Positions 34,896 through 47,924 of a DNA stretch of 64,000 nt are shown here, one piece after another; the first letter of the stretch is position 1; each line of letters opens with the position of its first letter. The position numbers and the translations under genes were made by a program. This DNA comes from Octopus sinensis (Eukaryota). The notes beneath the pieces were generated by a model. That model made no database searches, was not told where the DNA came from, and worked only from the letters and a program-made list of their open reading frames with translations. The DNA lies in contig NC_043001.1 of assembly GCF_006345805.1 (NCBI RefSeq), positions 21,328,001 to 21,392,000 on the forward strand, in the 5' to 3' direction.

Positions 34896-35767
34896 ATATA
34901 AACACTTCACTTCTACAAGACTTTCTCAGCTTGTGCTTTGCCTTTCATGTAGGTTAACATGACATAAACAATGGATCATAGTTACATCACTGCTGTCAAT
35001 CTTTCACACACAGGTAATTCATGTCTCCCAACATTTAGCATCACTATTCTAACATTTGCTTCTGTCATTCATGTGGAAAGAGAAATCCTCCATTTACCAA
35101 GGGGTTACAATTTCCTGAACTCCTTCCACATCTTTCCTACTCTCTGGCTGGTCAAGAGGCTCTGGTGGTGGTTTCTTTTCCATAAACCAGCCAAAGAGCC
35201 ACTTGAAAAATATCCATGTAACAAAATTTTATATATTTTTAAAAAATAGGAACAATATTGATTCAACGAATTAAGCTGGCAAGCTGGCAGAATCGTTAGC
35301 ATGCCAGACAAAATACTTAGAGGCATTTTGTCAGTTTTTATATTCTGAGTTCAAATTCCTCCGAGGCTGACTTTGCCTTTCATCCTTTTGGGATCGATAA
35401 AATAAATACCAGTTGATGTAACTGACTCAGTTCCTCTCCCGAAATTGCCGGCTTTGCACCAAAATGTGAAACCAGGGTTATTGCTGTGAATTAAAATGAT
35501 GTGAATGGGCTTGGGGTTACTGGTGCAGTAAAGAGGAGGGCCATAAATTCCATTATTGAAGCTGCGACTTGATCAACTGCAGGTGTGGATTAACTGGGTG
35601 AAGGGTCTGATGTTAAAAGACTCGAAACCCTCCATGGGACCCCACAAACATCACTGATGATGCATCCCAGAGTATCCATCAGATGTATCTCAGATCTAAG
35701 AAATATAATAATTTTAAATTTGCATGTAAAATTGGAACAATTAGAATTTAATTGGAAAGTTACTAAC

Positions 35768-35905
35768 TTGTGAATTTTTGTTCTTTGGCCTTCCTGGTCC
35801 ACTACAATGAGTGGCTTTTCCATTGCTGTCTTTGAATTTTTTGTTTGGTTTGTCTTCAGCTCCACTGCCACCTTTCCCCCGTTTCACGACTGGCACATCG
35901 GAAGC
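35768..35905 (-). CDS. TADA3: TADA3 coding exon 3 (ASDVPVVKRGKGGSGAEDKPNKKFKDSNGKATHCSGPGRPKNKNSQ)
   Basis: 138 nt, phase 0-0, open frame, with the GPGRPK.KN.Q motif of TADA3. Acceptor ttttgttttctccag, donor gttagt. Confidence 0.9.
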
Positions 35906-38900
35906 CTGGAGAAAACAAAAAAATGAAGCAAAAAAAAAAAAAAAAGAAAAAAGACACTCCTAAATACACATATATATTCTTGTATAAATATTTAAACATC
36001 AAAAAGGTCTAGAATTCAGTCTAAAAGGAAGAATATCAAGTAACAAATGCTAAATTTTCCAATGAGGAAGAAGCAGACATTATATCTGAAATATACCAAG
36101 TTATTCTCTTACTGGTTTCAGACTTTGGACTGCAGCCAAGCTGGGGTACCAACCTTCGTGGGTTTTGGTCAAACAACCCCAGTACTTATATTTTAGTCTG
36201 TACTGATTTTATCAATGTCTATTTTTCGAAAGGCTGAGTTTAAGTTTTGATATAAAGAGACACAACTTGATACCTGGTAAACATTGACAAGGAAACCACA
36301 TAAATACATTTATATATATATGTATATATATGTGTGTATATATATATATGTATATATATATTTACATAATGTAATGGGCTTCCTCTACAATTTTTGTCTA
36401 CCAAATTCAAGGCACAAGGCTTTGATCAACAAAGGCTACAGTTGCCTAAGATGTCGCAAAGTGGGATCAAAATGTGTCTAGCAGTTCTATTTTATAAAAT
36501 AGATTATTTAATTATTAAAACATACATAGCATTATCTTATCAAAACATATTAATTAAAATCTTCAGCTAAGCAAAAATATACAGAAATTATTTGATAGGA
36601 ATGATAATTGTATGCATGTGTAGATTTTTATCTGGAATAATTAAAAAGAATAATGTATAACTTTAAAATAAAATGATGAAAAATTATTTTTTTTATATTA
36701 AAAATAATTGCATAAGAAAAGTAAAAAAAAAAAATCAAACTGAAAAGCTTAGAACTAATTGTTGATAAATGCAATTATTAGCAAAAATTTTAAAACAGTT
36801 AACAGTGAAAAGTTCAGAAAACCTTAGAGGAAAGCAAAATGTTTTTTCTATATCTCAAACTTCAAAAATGACCATTTAATTGGAATTACTTCATTCTAGC
36901 AAGCAGCCTGCAAATTTATTGTTAATTTTCTAATTATTATGAATTTAGTTTCTTTGGCTAAGACAATGGGTAGCTCCAATGGGTTATATTTTAAATGAAA
37001 TTATAATTTTGAGAAAAAAATATCGTAACAAAGTTGTGCAGGAACAAATTTCAAAATACACAAAATGTCGGTACACTAATTTGAATTCTGATAACATAAA
37101 CTATTATTATTATTATTATTATTATTATTATGCTTTTTATATCAAGTTAGAAAACAATACAAAATCATAACTGGGTTGTTAAATATGGTCTTTGTTCAAG
37201 GATGAGATGCTTTAACAGTATTCCCAGTTCTATATTTACACGTAATAGAACTTAGTTCTAAGCTGGTCTACATCTGTTTGTTCTCAGCTTCTCAGCTAGA
37301 AAGAGTGAATGATATTCATTTTGCTGAAGCAACTGTTTTAATAGTTGAATTGCTGTTCAAGAGCCAATCATTCAGCCTTGAGTAGAAAGTGAATTTTCAC
37401 TGCCTGGTCCCAAAACTGTAGTATGGAATTTTGGCTAACAAACACCATAAGCTTACAGTGAATGCAGTAAAAAAACAGTTTTACATTATCATCCACAAGC
37501 ATGATAAGTGTTCATATACTAGAAGACTATCTGGAAAATAGGTAAAATATCCCTTAGTAGCTTTAATAAGACAAGACAATGCCAACATTTCATTATAAAT
37601 ATATATCATCATACAAATTTTGTTTTCCCATATTGGCATGGGATGGAGCACAAACAAGGTCAGCAATTTCGGGTGAAGGGAATAGTTGATAATATTGACT
37701 GAAGTTCTCAGTTGGTACTTAATTTATCAACCCTGAATTGATGAAAGGCAAAGCTGACCTCGGCAGTATTTGAACTCAGAATGTAGAGATGCAGGAAATG
37801 CTGGTAAGCTTTTCATCTGGCATGCCAATGATTCTGCCATCTCGTTGCCCTACTTTATTAATATTAACCTCAGTTACCACATACCTTAAAATACAATTTA
37901 AGTTTTGTAATTAGTATAACTAACTCACTAACTGGACCAAATGATTGAAACAAAATCTGTTTTTTTTTTTAACATAATATAAATTTCTAATTTTCCCAGC
38001 TCATTTTCATACCAAGTAACTTCATAATATAATTAGCCTATTCTATAATTAATTGTATAATTAATACTAACATTATTTAAGATATTTTCATTTATTTTCA
38101 AAGAAAATAATCATCTGACTTTTGATTGTCTGATTACTGATATTTTTAGTACAATGCCTTTACTAAAAATATTATGGCAATCATTAAATTGCTAGTAATT
38201 TTCCTTTTTGTGAAAATTGAGTAGTTTTAATGTTTTATAGGAACAATTTTTCATAAACACATCTGCAGAAAAACTTGGAAAATCTTTAGTAGTTTCCCAA
38301 ACTAACTAATGCTAAAAAACTGGAAATACATTAATAAACACACACACACACATGTGAATATATATATGTATATATATAAAAGTATATATTTTTGTATATG
38401 TTAGGTTGTTATATTTGAACAGTGAAGTGCTCAATCCAGACATAGAAATGTGTGCATATCAAACACTATTTATTGACTCATGTGCATCAGGAGAGTTTTT
38501 CTTAAAAGTTCTCAAGAAAACTGAGCATGTGGTGATAACAGGTATGGAATATTTCTGTATGTCAGGTCAGAAGAACCTTGCCTGGACCCATAACTAAATG
38601 TTGGTGCCCTGATCAGTTCTTACTCATCATCATCATCATCATCGTTTAGCGTCCGTTTTCCATGCTAGCATGGGTTGGAGACGGTTCAACTGGGGTCTGG
38701 GAAGCCAGAAGGCTGCGCCAGGCCCAGTCTGATCTGGCAGTGTTTCTACAGCTGGATGCCCTTCCTAACGCCAACCACTCCGTTAGTGTAGTGGGTGCTT
38801 TTTACATGCCACCTGCACAGGTGCCAGAGGAGGCTGGCAAACGGCCACGATCGGATGGTGCTTTAATATTAATATTTCTCTCTTCAGTTTTTGATTTCCA

Positions 38901-41900
38901 TACAAATCTTAAGTGCTGTACTGTTCTTTAAGTAGTCGTAACGAAATTAATGACACGATCTGTTCTACTAATCATCATCATTGTTTAACGTCCGCTTTCC
39001 ATGCTATCATGGGTTGGACGAATGACTGAGGGCTGGTGAACCAGATGGCTGCAGCAGGCTTCAATCTTGATCTGAAGAGATTATTTTCAATCTAAATCCC
39101 AATGTAGCTGGTTAAGATGTATTTTGTAGTGATGTCAATACAACAGAAAGGTATTTCTTCAGGCATCTTACTTTCAGGGGAGTTGGGGGGGGGGAGAAGA
39201 GCTCTATTCTTCAGCAATAAAAGCATGTTGAGATTTATATTTCTTGAACCATTTACAATGTTTTTGCACCGTATCCTTGATAATAGAGGGACATTTTTGG
39301 CAGGCATCAGAAGCGTGTTATACCTTGTTGAACAACCAATGCAATTTGTGGCCGTTTAGAAAAAGAATTCTTTCACAAAGAAGAAAACTTCTTACAACAC
39401 ACTTTTTCACATTGCGGTAATACTTCAGCTTTCTTCCATTTATTCATTTTCTCAGTCATTATAAGACAGCCATATATTCCTACAGGTGAGTACGTCATTT
39501 TGTGACTTTTGAAGGTGGCTTTATCTAAGGATAGGTGACCTAGTCCACTTAATGTCTTTACAATGATATTTCACAACTTTAGGCACATAATTTGATTTTG
39601 TACGTATATAAAATTTGTGGTAGTTTGGTTTCCTGAGGGTCTTAACTGGAGTATAACATTTACTTGGATGTAGAGAATGATGGTATTTGCTTATTACCAA
39701 GGAACTTCATAAAATTTCCAATGTAAAATGACAAAACCAGAGTTATGTGACTGTACAAATGCTATTTGCCCTATATTTTCTTCTTTTTTAAGGGGTTGCT
39801 TTTATTTTTTCTATGTTATCTTCAAGATTAGTGTTTCATTTTGCCAATGGTTCTGTTTTAGCAGTACACATACACATTAGATGATATAAACTGCCTTGTC
39901 AACTGATCTCCAGAAGGCAAATTCTGCAGATTAACAATAAGCTTAAAAAAAAAAAGCAAACAGGTCAACCACCAAGAAATGCCTGGGGAGAATTTATGCA
40001 GGTTTTTAATTAGTAACACCAAGTTAAACACCATGAATAAATCTCCCAATCTCAGAACCAGGGGGAGGGGGGCATGTCACATCAGATGAGATTTCAATGA
40101 AAATCTGTTGAGTAAATGAGATATTTGTAATCTTTCACATTGCACTAAAGCAATGAGGGTTTTCTACTGCACATGTACCAAACATCTCTTCTCTGTTCTC
40201 ATCATCATCATCATCGTTTAACATCTGCTTTCCATGCTAGCATGGGTTGGACAATTTTGACTGAGGGCTGGCAAACCAGATGGCTGCACCAGGCTCCAAT
40301 CTTGATTTGGCAGAGTTTCTACAGCTGGATGCCCTTCCTAACGCCAACCACTCCGAGATTGTAGTGGGTGCTTTTTGCATGCCACCGGCATGGGGGCCAG
40401 TCAGGCGGTACTGGCAACGACCTCACTCGAATCCTTTTACACATGCCACCAGCACAGGTGCCAGTAAGGCGACGTAGGTAACGATCATGCTCGAATGGTG
40501 CCCTTTTACGTGCCACTGGCACAGAAGCCAGTTGGCTGCTCTGGCAACAATCACGCTCAAATGGTGCCCTTTAAGTGCCACTGGTACGGAAGCCGGTTAG
40601 CTGTTCTGTCAATGATCACGCTTGTATGGTACTCTTTGCACCCTGCCAGCATGGACTCCAGTCATCGAATTTGATTTTGATCTTGCTTTTGATTGATTTA
40701 TTTGATTTCACTTGCCTCAACAGGTCTTCGCAAGTAGAGTTTTAGTGTCCAAAGAAGGAAGGAATGTTCTCTTGTCAGCAATAAGACATGGGGTTACTAC
40801 TGTCAATCAGCTAGAGTGATTTCATTATTACACATCCTTTTAATTGTTTTCCATTATTTTCTTGTTCCTAATTAAATATCGTTATCTGTTCTTTACATGT
40901 CTTCTCACCATTTGCTAGAACACATTTGCCAAACACTTTTCCTGTTGTTGTTCCTGATGTAAGCGACCATCATACATACGCCACATACAGAGGTGTGAGT
41001 GTGTGTGTATAAGTGTGTGTGTGTGTGCACAAACTCAGTAATAAACTAGGAAAAAGTTGAAATTATTTGATAAGAAGATGAGAATACTGCATAATTGAAT
41101 CCTTAACATCACTAGCAAGATTTTTTTTTTTTAATGTTACAGTTCTAAAACTGTGGATCACAATAGCAAATAATTAATAACAGATTTATATCCCAGTTAT
41201 AATTAAACATCACACAAAAGAAAGTGTTAATTCCATTTCATTCATGCAAGGCTTGGGGTATAATCTTGGGGATAATTAGCATTATCAACATCATCATCAT
41301 CCTCATCATCATCATCATCATCATAACAGCTGTGTTTTTTTTTGATCCACTGCTTGACACAGGGCTCCCTCATCACTCCTCATTTTCCCCTAACTCCTGT
41401 TCTAGCATTCCAGTTAATCCCTGCATGGTTTATTACCTCATTCCTCCATCTGCTTCTTGGACGACCCTATGTGAGGAAATACAGAATACCAAATAACATT
41501 AATGTTATTTTTGCTAATTAGTTATTATATTTGTTGAATTAGTAATTTTTTTTTTTTTTTTAAAAAGCAATGAAATAATTATAAACAATTGATAAAGAAA
41601 TAAAAAACAGCTCTTAATATGAAAACAATAAAAATAAAGGCAAAGTAAATAAAAATATAAAAAAAGATGAGAGAATAAAAATATAAATAAATACAACCAA
41701 CCAAAAACTTTCTAATTAATATAAAGAACCGATGAACTTGTCCAATAATTAGCTACAATACAATTAATTACACAATGCTAACAAAGTAATATTTGATTGG
41801 TACAAAAACACTGGCAGTTTGGTATAAAATTTGCCCAATCAACAAATTGTAATTTCTTTCCTTTTTTTCCTTTTAAGAAATCTTTGAGATTTATACAGTA

Positions 41901-43547
41901 GAGTTATGGTTAAGTGGCTTGAAACCCCAAACCTCCAGCAGCTGTATGAAAAATCTACAAAATAATTAATCACATGATGAATGGAGACCCCAATAGCGTC
42001 TTACAAATTGAATTCTTCTCCTAACTTTACCTTTGTGCAGCCGAAACTAGAATAAAGTAATTCAAATAAAATGGAATCATCATAGAACTATTGTTAATAA
42101 AGAAAGTTTTTTCTGTTTTTAAAGCCTGTCTCCCGTGAAAAAAATGAAATATAACAGAATAATTTGGCTGTGTTTTATAAGAAGTTTTGATTTAACTCAG
42201 TGACTTTGGAAACTTACAAATAGTACAAACTAATTTACTTTGTTACTTAGTTTTTTTTTTGTCTTATATAATACCATAATCAGAATACACATTTAGAAAA
42301 TTCCAGGTAAAAGACAGGTCACATAGAATAAATACATTTTCTTTTTTGTTTTACAATAATTTCGTTTCAAATATTTAATTAATATAATATGTTGTTTGTC
42401 ATAGACTGCTTTCTGATTTGCATGGTTTACATACTAATTCGAAACAACAAACACAAACTAAGTAGGAACAAATAATAATAGTAATAATAATAATCTACCT
42501 AATGGCATTTTACACAAATTGAAATACCTGCACATAATGAATGCAAAAAGTCAAAAATAGTGCCAAGTTATCCGAGAAAGACTGACAGTGATAAGTTTTG
42601 AAAAATTAAAAAAAAAAAAAAACTAGCATAAAACACAAAGTGATGAAAATACCACAAACAGCACTAAAAATACAACTGAGATTATCTTTTGTCTATAGAC
42701 ACAAATGACAGAACTGAAAGCAAATTTATGAGACTAAAACTGATTATGGATTAAAACTAAGCTTGGTTTTATGAAATAAGGATGGTGCTTAAATTAGGAC
42801 CACTGATAACAACAGAATGGATCACTAACCATGCAAAAGTTTCAAAATAAATTTCCTGTCCTTTGGACTTTATCAGATTCAGTAAGGCAAAGTAAGGACA
42901 AAGGAAATAAAATTTATTAAAACAAGATGCTTAGATTGAGATAAAAATTATAATTAGTTTAAAAAATGTATTACCAATGAAGCATGTCTAGAAAAGCTTT
43001 TGATAACAAGAAAAGCAACAGCAATAATGGAAAAATAAAAAGCAGACGGTAAGGAAAGGCTTACTAAATGAGGCAAAAATAATATAGGAGTTTGCCGTAG
43101 GTTCTACGAGAGGGTTGAGAGGTGCAAGGATTCTAGCCCAAAGAAGAAAGATTTAAATATAAAAGTGACAAAGGATATGCAAAGACAGTGCATAAAATAA
43201 ATTTATAATCAAAATCTAAGAATGAGGCTAGTTAAGTGGTGTTAAAAATGCAGAAAAATTTGAATCTAGATACTTACCTGCTTCTAAAGTGACCCCCACC
43301 CTCAAAGGGATAACTGAATAGATACCTTGCTAATATACAATGTCATACTTTGCCTAAAAGATACCTGATAATCTAGGCCAAAATTTGACACCACAAACAA
43401 TGAGATAAAAAGTTATATATTCAAATCAAATTGCTAATAGCTTTTTACATAATAATAATATTCAACTCTTATATTCTAACTTTAATAAGATCAACTTTAT
43501 TATGCTAGCAGAAAAAAATGAAGCCAGTATATATATATATATATATA

Positions 43548-43920
43548 GTGACGCATATTTGCCATTTGAATATGGCTAACCCCTAAGGGTGGATGCTACT
43601 GTAGTTTGTAGCCCCAGGAAGATATCTCCTCCAGCTGGCTTAGACACACTATCTGTGCCCTATTAGTATTTGTGAAGGGAAGTCATCCTTCCCGTCTTCA
43701 ACTTATGATACACATGGACTCGAGTTTCAAGGTGTTTACCTATCATCAGCGTGTGACAATCATAGTTGAAGACGGGAAGGATGACTTCCCTTCACAAATA
43801 CTGATAGGGCACAGATAGTGTGTCTATAGCCAGCTGGAGGAGATATCTTCCTGGGGCTACAAACTACAGTAGCATCCACCCTTAGGGGTTAGCCATATTC
43901 AAATGGCAAATATGCGTCAC
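43548..43920. repeat. Near-perfect inverted repeat, arms about 160 bp, loop about 50 nt
   Basis: gtgacgcatatttgcc...cttcaacttatgat pairs with atcatagttgaag...ggcaaatatgcgtcac, with about 3 differences seen by eye. Confidence 0.95.
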
Positions 43921-45479
43921 AATGTGTTACCGCCATTGTTTATAACTCGCTCTGAGATTTATCATTACATATATATATATATAAAGTAACATATAGTATT
44001 GATCTTTCTTGTACAAGCTAAATGCTGATGTTTAACCTTCATCTAAAAAACATACTTTTAAATCTATTAGTAGACTGCTAACATTTGTATTCTGACCTTG
44101 TATTTATTGTGAAGACATACAAACATATATTCTTTTCTATTCTAGTCACAAGGCCTGAAATTTTTGGGGAGGGAGGTCAGTTGATTAGGTTGACACTAGT
44201 ATGTAACTGGTACTTAATTTATTGACTCCAAAAGGATGAAAGGCAAAGTCGATCTTGGTGGAATTTGAACTCAGATTGTAAAAACAGACAAAATACCACT
44301 AAACATTTCGCCCGGTGTGCTAACGTTTCTGCCAGCTCGCCTGAAATTTTTGGGGAGGGAATTCAGTCGATTAGATCGACCCCAGTATGCAACTGGTACT
44401 TAATTTATTGACTCTGAAAGGATGAAAGGCAAAGTCGACCTCGGATGAATTTGAACTCAGAATGTAAAAACAGACGAAATACCACTAAACATTTCGCCCG
44501 GTGTGCTAACGTTTCTGCCAGCTTGCCGCCTTATACAAACATATATTTCAGATGAAAGACAATTAATACTAGCAGTGTTTAGACTATTAGTACCTGTCAA
44601 GAGCCCTAGTTATGGGTCAACTAGCAGATGGTATTGTGGCTGAAACATAAGGGCTCAGAGGAGGGCTGGCCTTTAGACATGTGTCACACAGGACTAATGG
44701 GTGTGGACATGCCTTGATGTTGGGTGAACCAGTCTTCCTGCCTTACACTTAAATAGGCCCTGCACCTCAAGAACAAGCTTGGGAAAATAGGAGACTAAAC
44801 TAAAAATAATTCCAAATAAATCATCATCATCATCATTTAATGTCTGCTTTCCATGCTGGTAAAAGTTGGACTGCGTCAAGTTCTACTGTTTGCGTTGGCA
44901 TAGTTTCTACAGCTCTTCATAATGCCAACCACTTTACAGAGTGTATTGGGTGCTTTTTAAGTGGTACTGGCAGCAGTGAGGCCACCAAGTAACTTGAAAG
45001 ACAAGAGTTTCCCACCACTTCTCCCATTCTCAACTGATGTGTGGTGTACTATTGAGGGACAGAAACAGGGGTCTAGCAGTAGAGGAGAAACATGGCTATC
45101 TCGGGTGGAAAAAGAGAGAGAGGCAGAAATAAGATGGTGTACATATGATGGGGCATAGACTCAAGTTATAGGGAGGTGTATATAGTGAAGGGGATTTGAG
45201 AGGATGAGTAAGTTCACAATACTGCAAATGGAGAGTGAAAGATGGAGTGGGGATTAGAAGGGTATGTTGTGGGGAAGAGATTTGACAAGACATTTGAGTG
45301 CAGGTAGGATAGCAAGGGTGAGTGGGAGACAGAGGAGAGGGGAATACTGAGGGTGGTGAGCATGGGTGGAGGGAAAGGAGGTGTCGGGAAGATGGAACAT
45401 GGGGGAGAGGTCTGCCAGGGATAGATTGTTTGTAGGGTGGTGGGGCATGGATGTAAAGGACATGCCTTTACGGCCTTGA

Positions 45480-47270
45480 TTTTACTTGGCTGGATGTGTC
45501 TTCTCAGGCACAGCAATGCACCAATTGTTTTGGTCCTTTGTCATCAACCCAATGAAGCTCAACACCTGAAAATCATCTCTCAACACTTTGTCCCATGTTT
45601 TCTTCTTGCAGAGGTCCCCCCCCACACACATTTAGAGATTGGCTCTTCTTTATGCAGCTGTCTTCATCCATATGCATCACATGACCATACCAGTGCAGTC
45701 TTCTCTCTTGCACACAACATCTGATGCCTCTTACACTCAAAACAATGCCAGTGTGCATGTCGTACATGCACACTGGCATTGCACATCCAGCAATTTGACA
45801 CCTCTGTAATCACTTCTGCCTAAGGCATATTCTTTACCTTCTAGCAGTTGACTATAATGCTGCTACACCAGTTATTGGGTATGACCTCTTCCTGGACAAC
45901 CTGATTAATTATACAGGTGACCAGGCCACATCTCACTCTGCCAGATATTTTAAGCATCCCAGCAGTAATTCCTGATGGGCCAGGGGCTTTTCCTGTCTTT
46001 ATATCCTCAATTGCTTTATCTATCATGCTGCTATCAAGTTGGATAGTTGGTCCTTCCGTTGTGCTCATGTTAAGATTTACCTTCACCCATGCATTCTCTA
46101 CATTTAGCTGCCTTTCATAATGGCACCACCATGCCTTTTTCTTTGCAGAATCACTAAGTACAAGAATGCCATCATCCATCGAAACATACATCACAATCTT
46201 GTTTGACTAACCTCGCGCCTCTGGTCCTCATGTTACAGAACATTGACAGACTTCTTCTTTTCTGTTTCTTCCCTAGCTAAATATACCTGTTTCTTTCCTA
46301 CCCACAAGGGGCTAAACACAGAGAGAACAAACAAGGACAGACAAACGGATTAAGTCGATTATATCGATCCCAGTGCATAACTGGTACTTATTTAATCGAC
46401 CCCGAAAGGATGAAAGGCAAAGTCGACCTCAGCGGAATTTGAACTCAGAACGTAGCGGCAGACGAAATACCGCTAAGCATTTCGCCCAGCGTGCTACAGT
46501 TTCTGCCAGCTTGCTACCCTAAAATATACCTGTTGCCTAGCTTCTCTTCCAGCTGCCTGGTATAGTTCTCTGCTACCCCCACTCTTACAGACCTTTTTCT
46601 TTGCTCTTATGGCCCTGTCTTCTTCACTGTTCCACTACCATGTAACCCTAGGTCTGGTTTAGTATGTGGCCCTCAGTAAGTTGCCCCATAGTAATTTCCA
46701 GTTGGTCTCTATGTTAGGTGTCTCTATCTTCTCCGCTTTGCTGAATGCTTCAATTAGGATGTCTCCAAAGCTCTAACTATTCGATGGGTCTTTAAGCTTC
46801 CAAATCTTCCTTTTCCAAACTGGTTTGCTTCTTGGAACCCTTCAAGCCTCAAGTCCGAAGTTGCTAATGACCAACCTATGCTGAGGAGTACATTCCTTCC
46901 CCGTGAAACTCTCTGCATTTATGAGCAACCATCTGTTTCACTTTCTAGTGATAATGTAGTCAATCTGTCTCATGCGGCCACCAGATTGATAAGTAACCAG
47001 GAGACTGGGTAGTTTCCTGAAGTTAGTGTTGCAGACCATTAGGTCGTTAGCATCACAGAACTCCAGTAGCCTTCTTACCTCCGCATTTAGGGAACCAACC
47101 CCTTAACCTCCATGCACACCACTGAAGTCACCTAACTGTTACCCAACATACCCACTGAAGTCACCAGCCATGAAGATACGGCCTTTATCATTTGTACTGA
47201 GGTAGTCTACGAAAAGGTATGATAAAATCGGTCAGTTTGTTCATCCTGCAGCTCCAGCTGGGGTTGTAAA
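45480..47270 (-). mobile_element. RTE fragment with APE endonuclease, linker and RT N-terminus, internally deleted; SINE inserted at about 46290-46520
   Basis: DEQTDRFY..IFMAGDF (APE) and KTGKAPGPSGITAGMLK..IPNNWCSSIIV (RT N-terminal; track ORF 45841..46194). SINE TSD aaatatacctgt at 46279-46290 and 46522-46533. Confidence 0.8.
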
Positions 47271-47855
47271 TGAGAAACGAAACAAATGAGCCAAGATATT
47301 TGTATTGGGATGACAGGAAGTTGGAGTTGGTCAACGGAAGTGACAGCCATGCTGCCACCACTGCAGACTAGTGAACAAGCCACATGACTTTCATGGGATG
47401 AAAATATACGACTTTATGACAAAGACAAGATATACAAATTTTCAACACATCAAAAAACTTTCATTGGATGAAATTAATGACCTTTGCCCAGAAATTTCAT
47501 AGAAACAATCTTATAAAAAAAGAGGAAACCAAACCAAACACTATCCTGTCAGAGTTAAACAATATATAACTAACATAACTCAAAGAATTCTATTTAGTTT
47601 AGCTTAACGACTAATATTGATTTGAAATGAGTTTTAACGTCTTCATGCTATTCTTTTCAATTTATAAACTTTTATTTTACATAAATTCTTATCATGTTCT
47701 CAATTTTGATAATAAAATAAAAGGGTTCTAGAATTAATGCTCATTTAATATAAAGTGAATAGAATTTGTAATTTAAGAAATATCAACCCTGTTGCAATAA
47801 AGAAAACAATTAATTCAGAGAGCCTCTATGCAGTCACTTGACTCACCAGACAAAC

Positions 47856-47924
<69 letters not shown>

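Noticed and set aside
43278-43313. Perfect CAG|GTAAGT donor with possible 6-nt (AAGCAG) or 36-nt exon
   Set aside because: The 6-nt version has almost no pyrimidine tract and the 36-nt version has an in-frame TGA. One perfect donor by chance in 47 kb is plausible.
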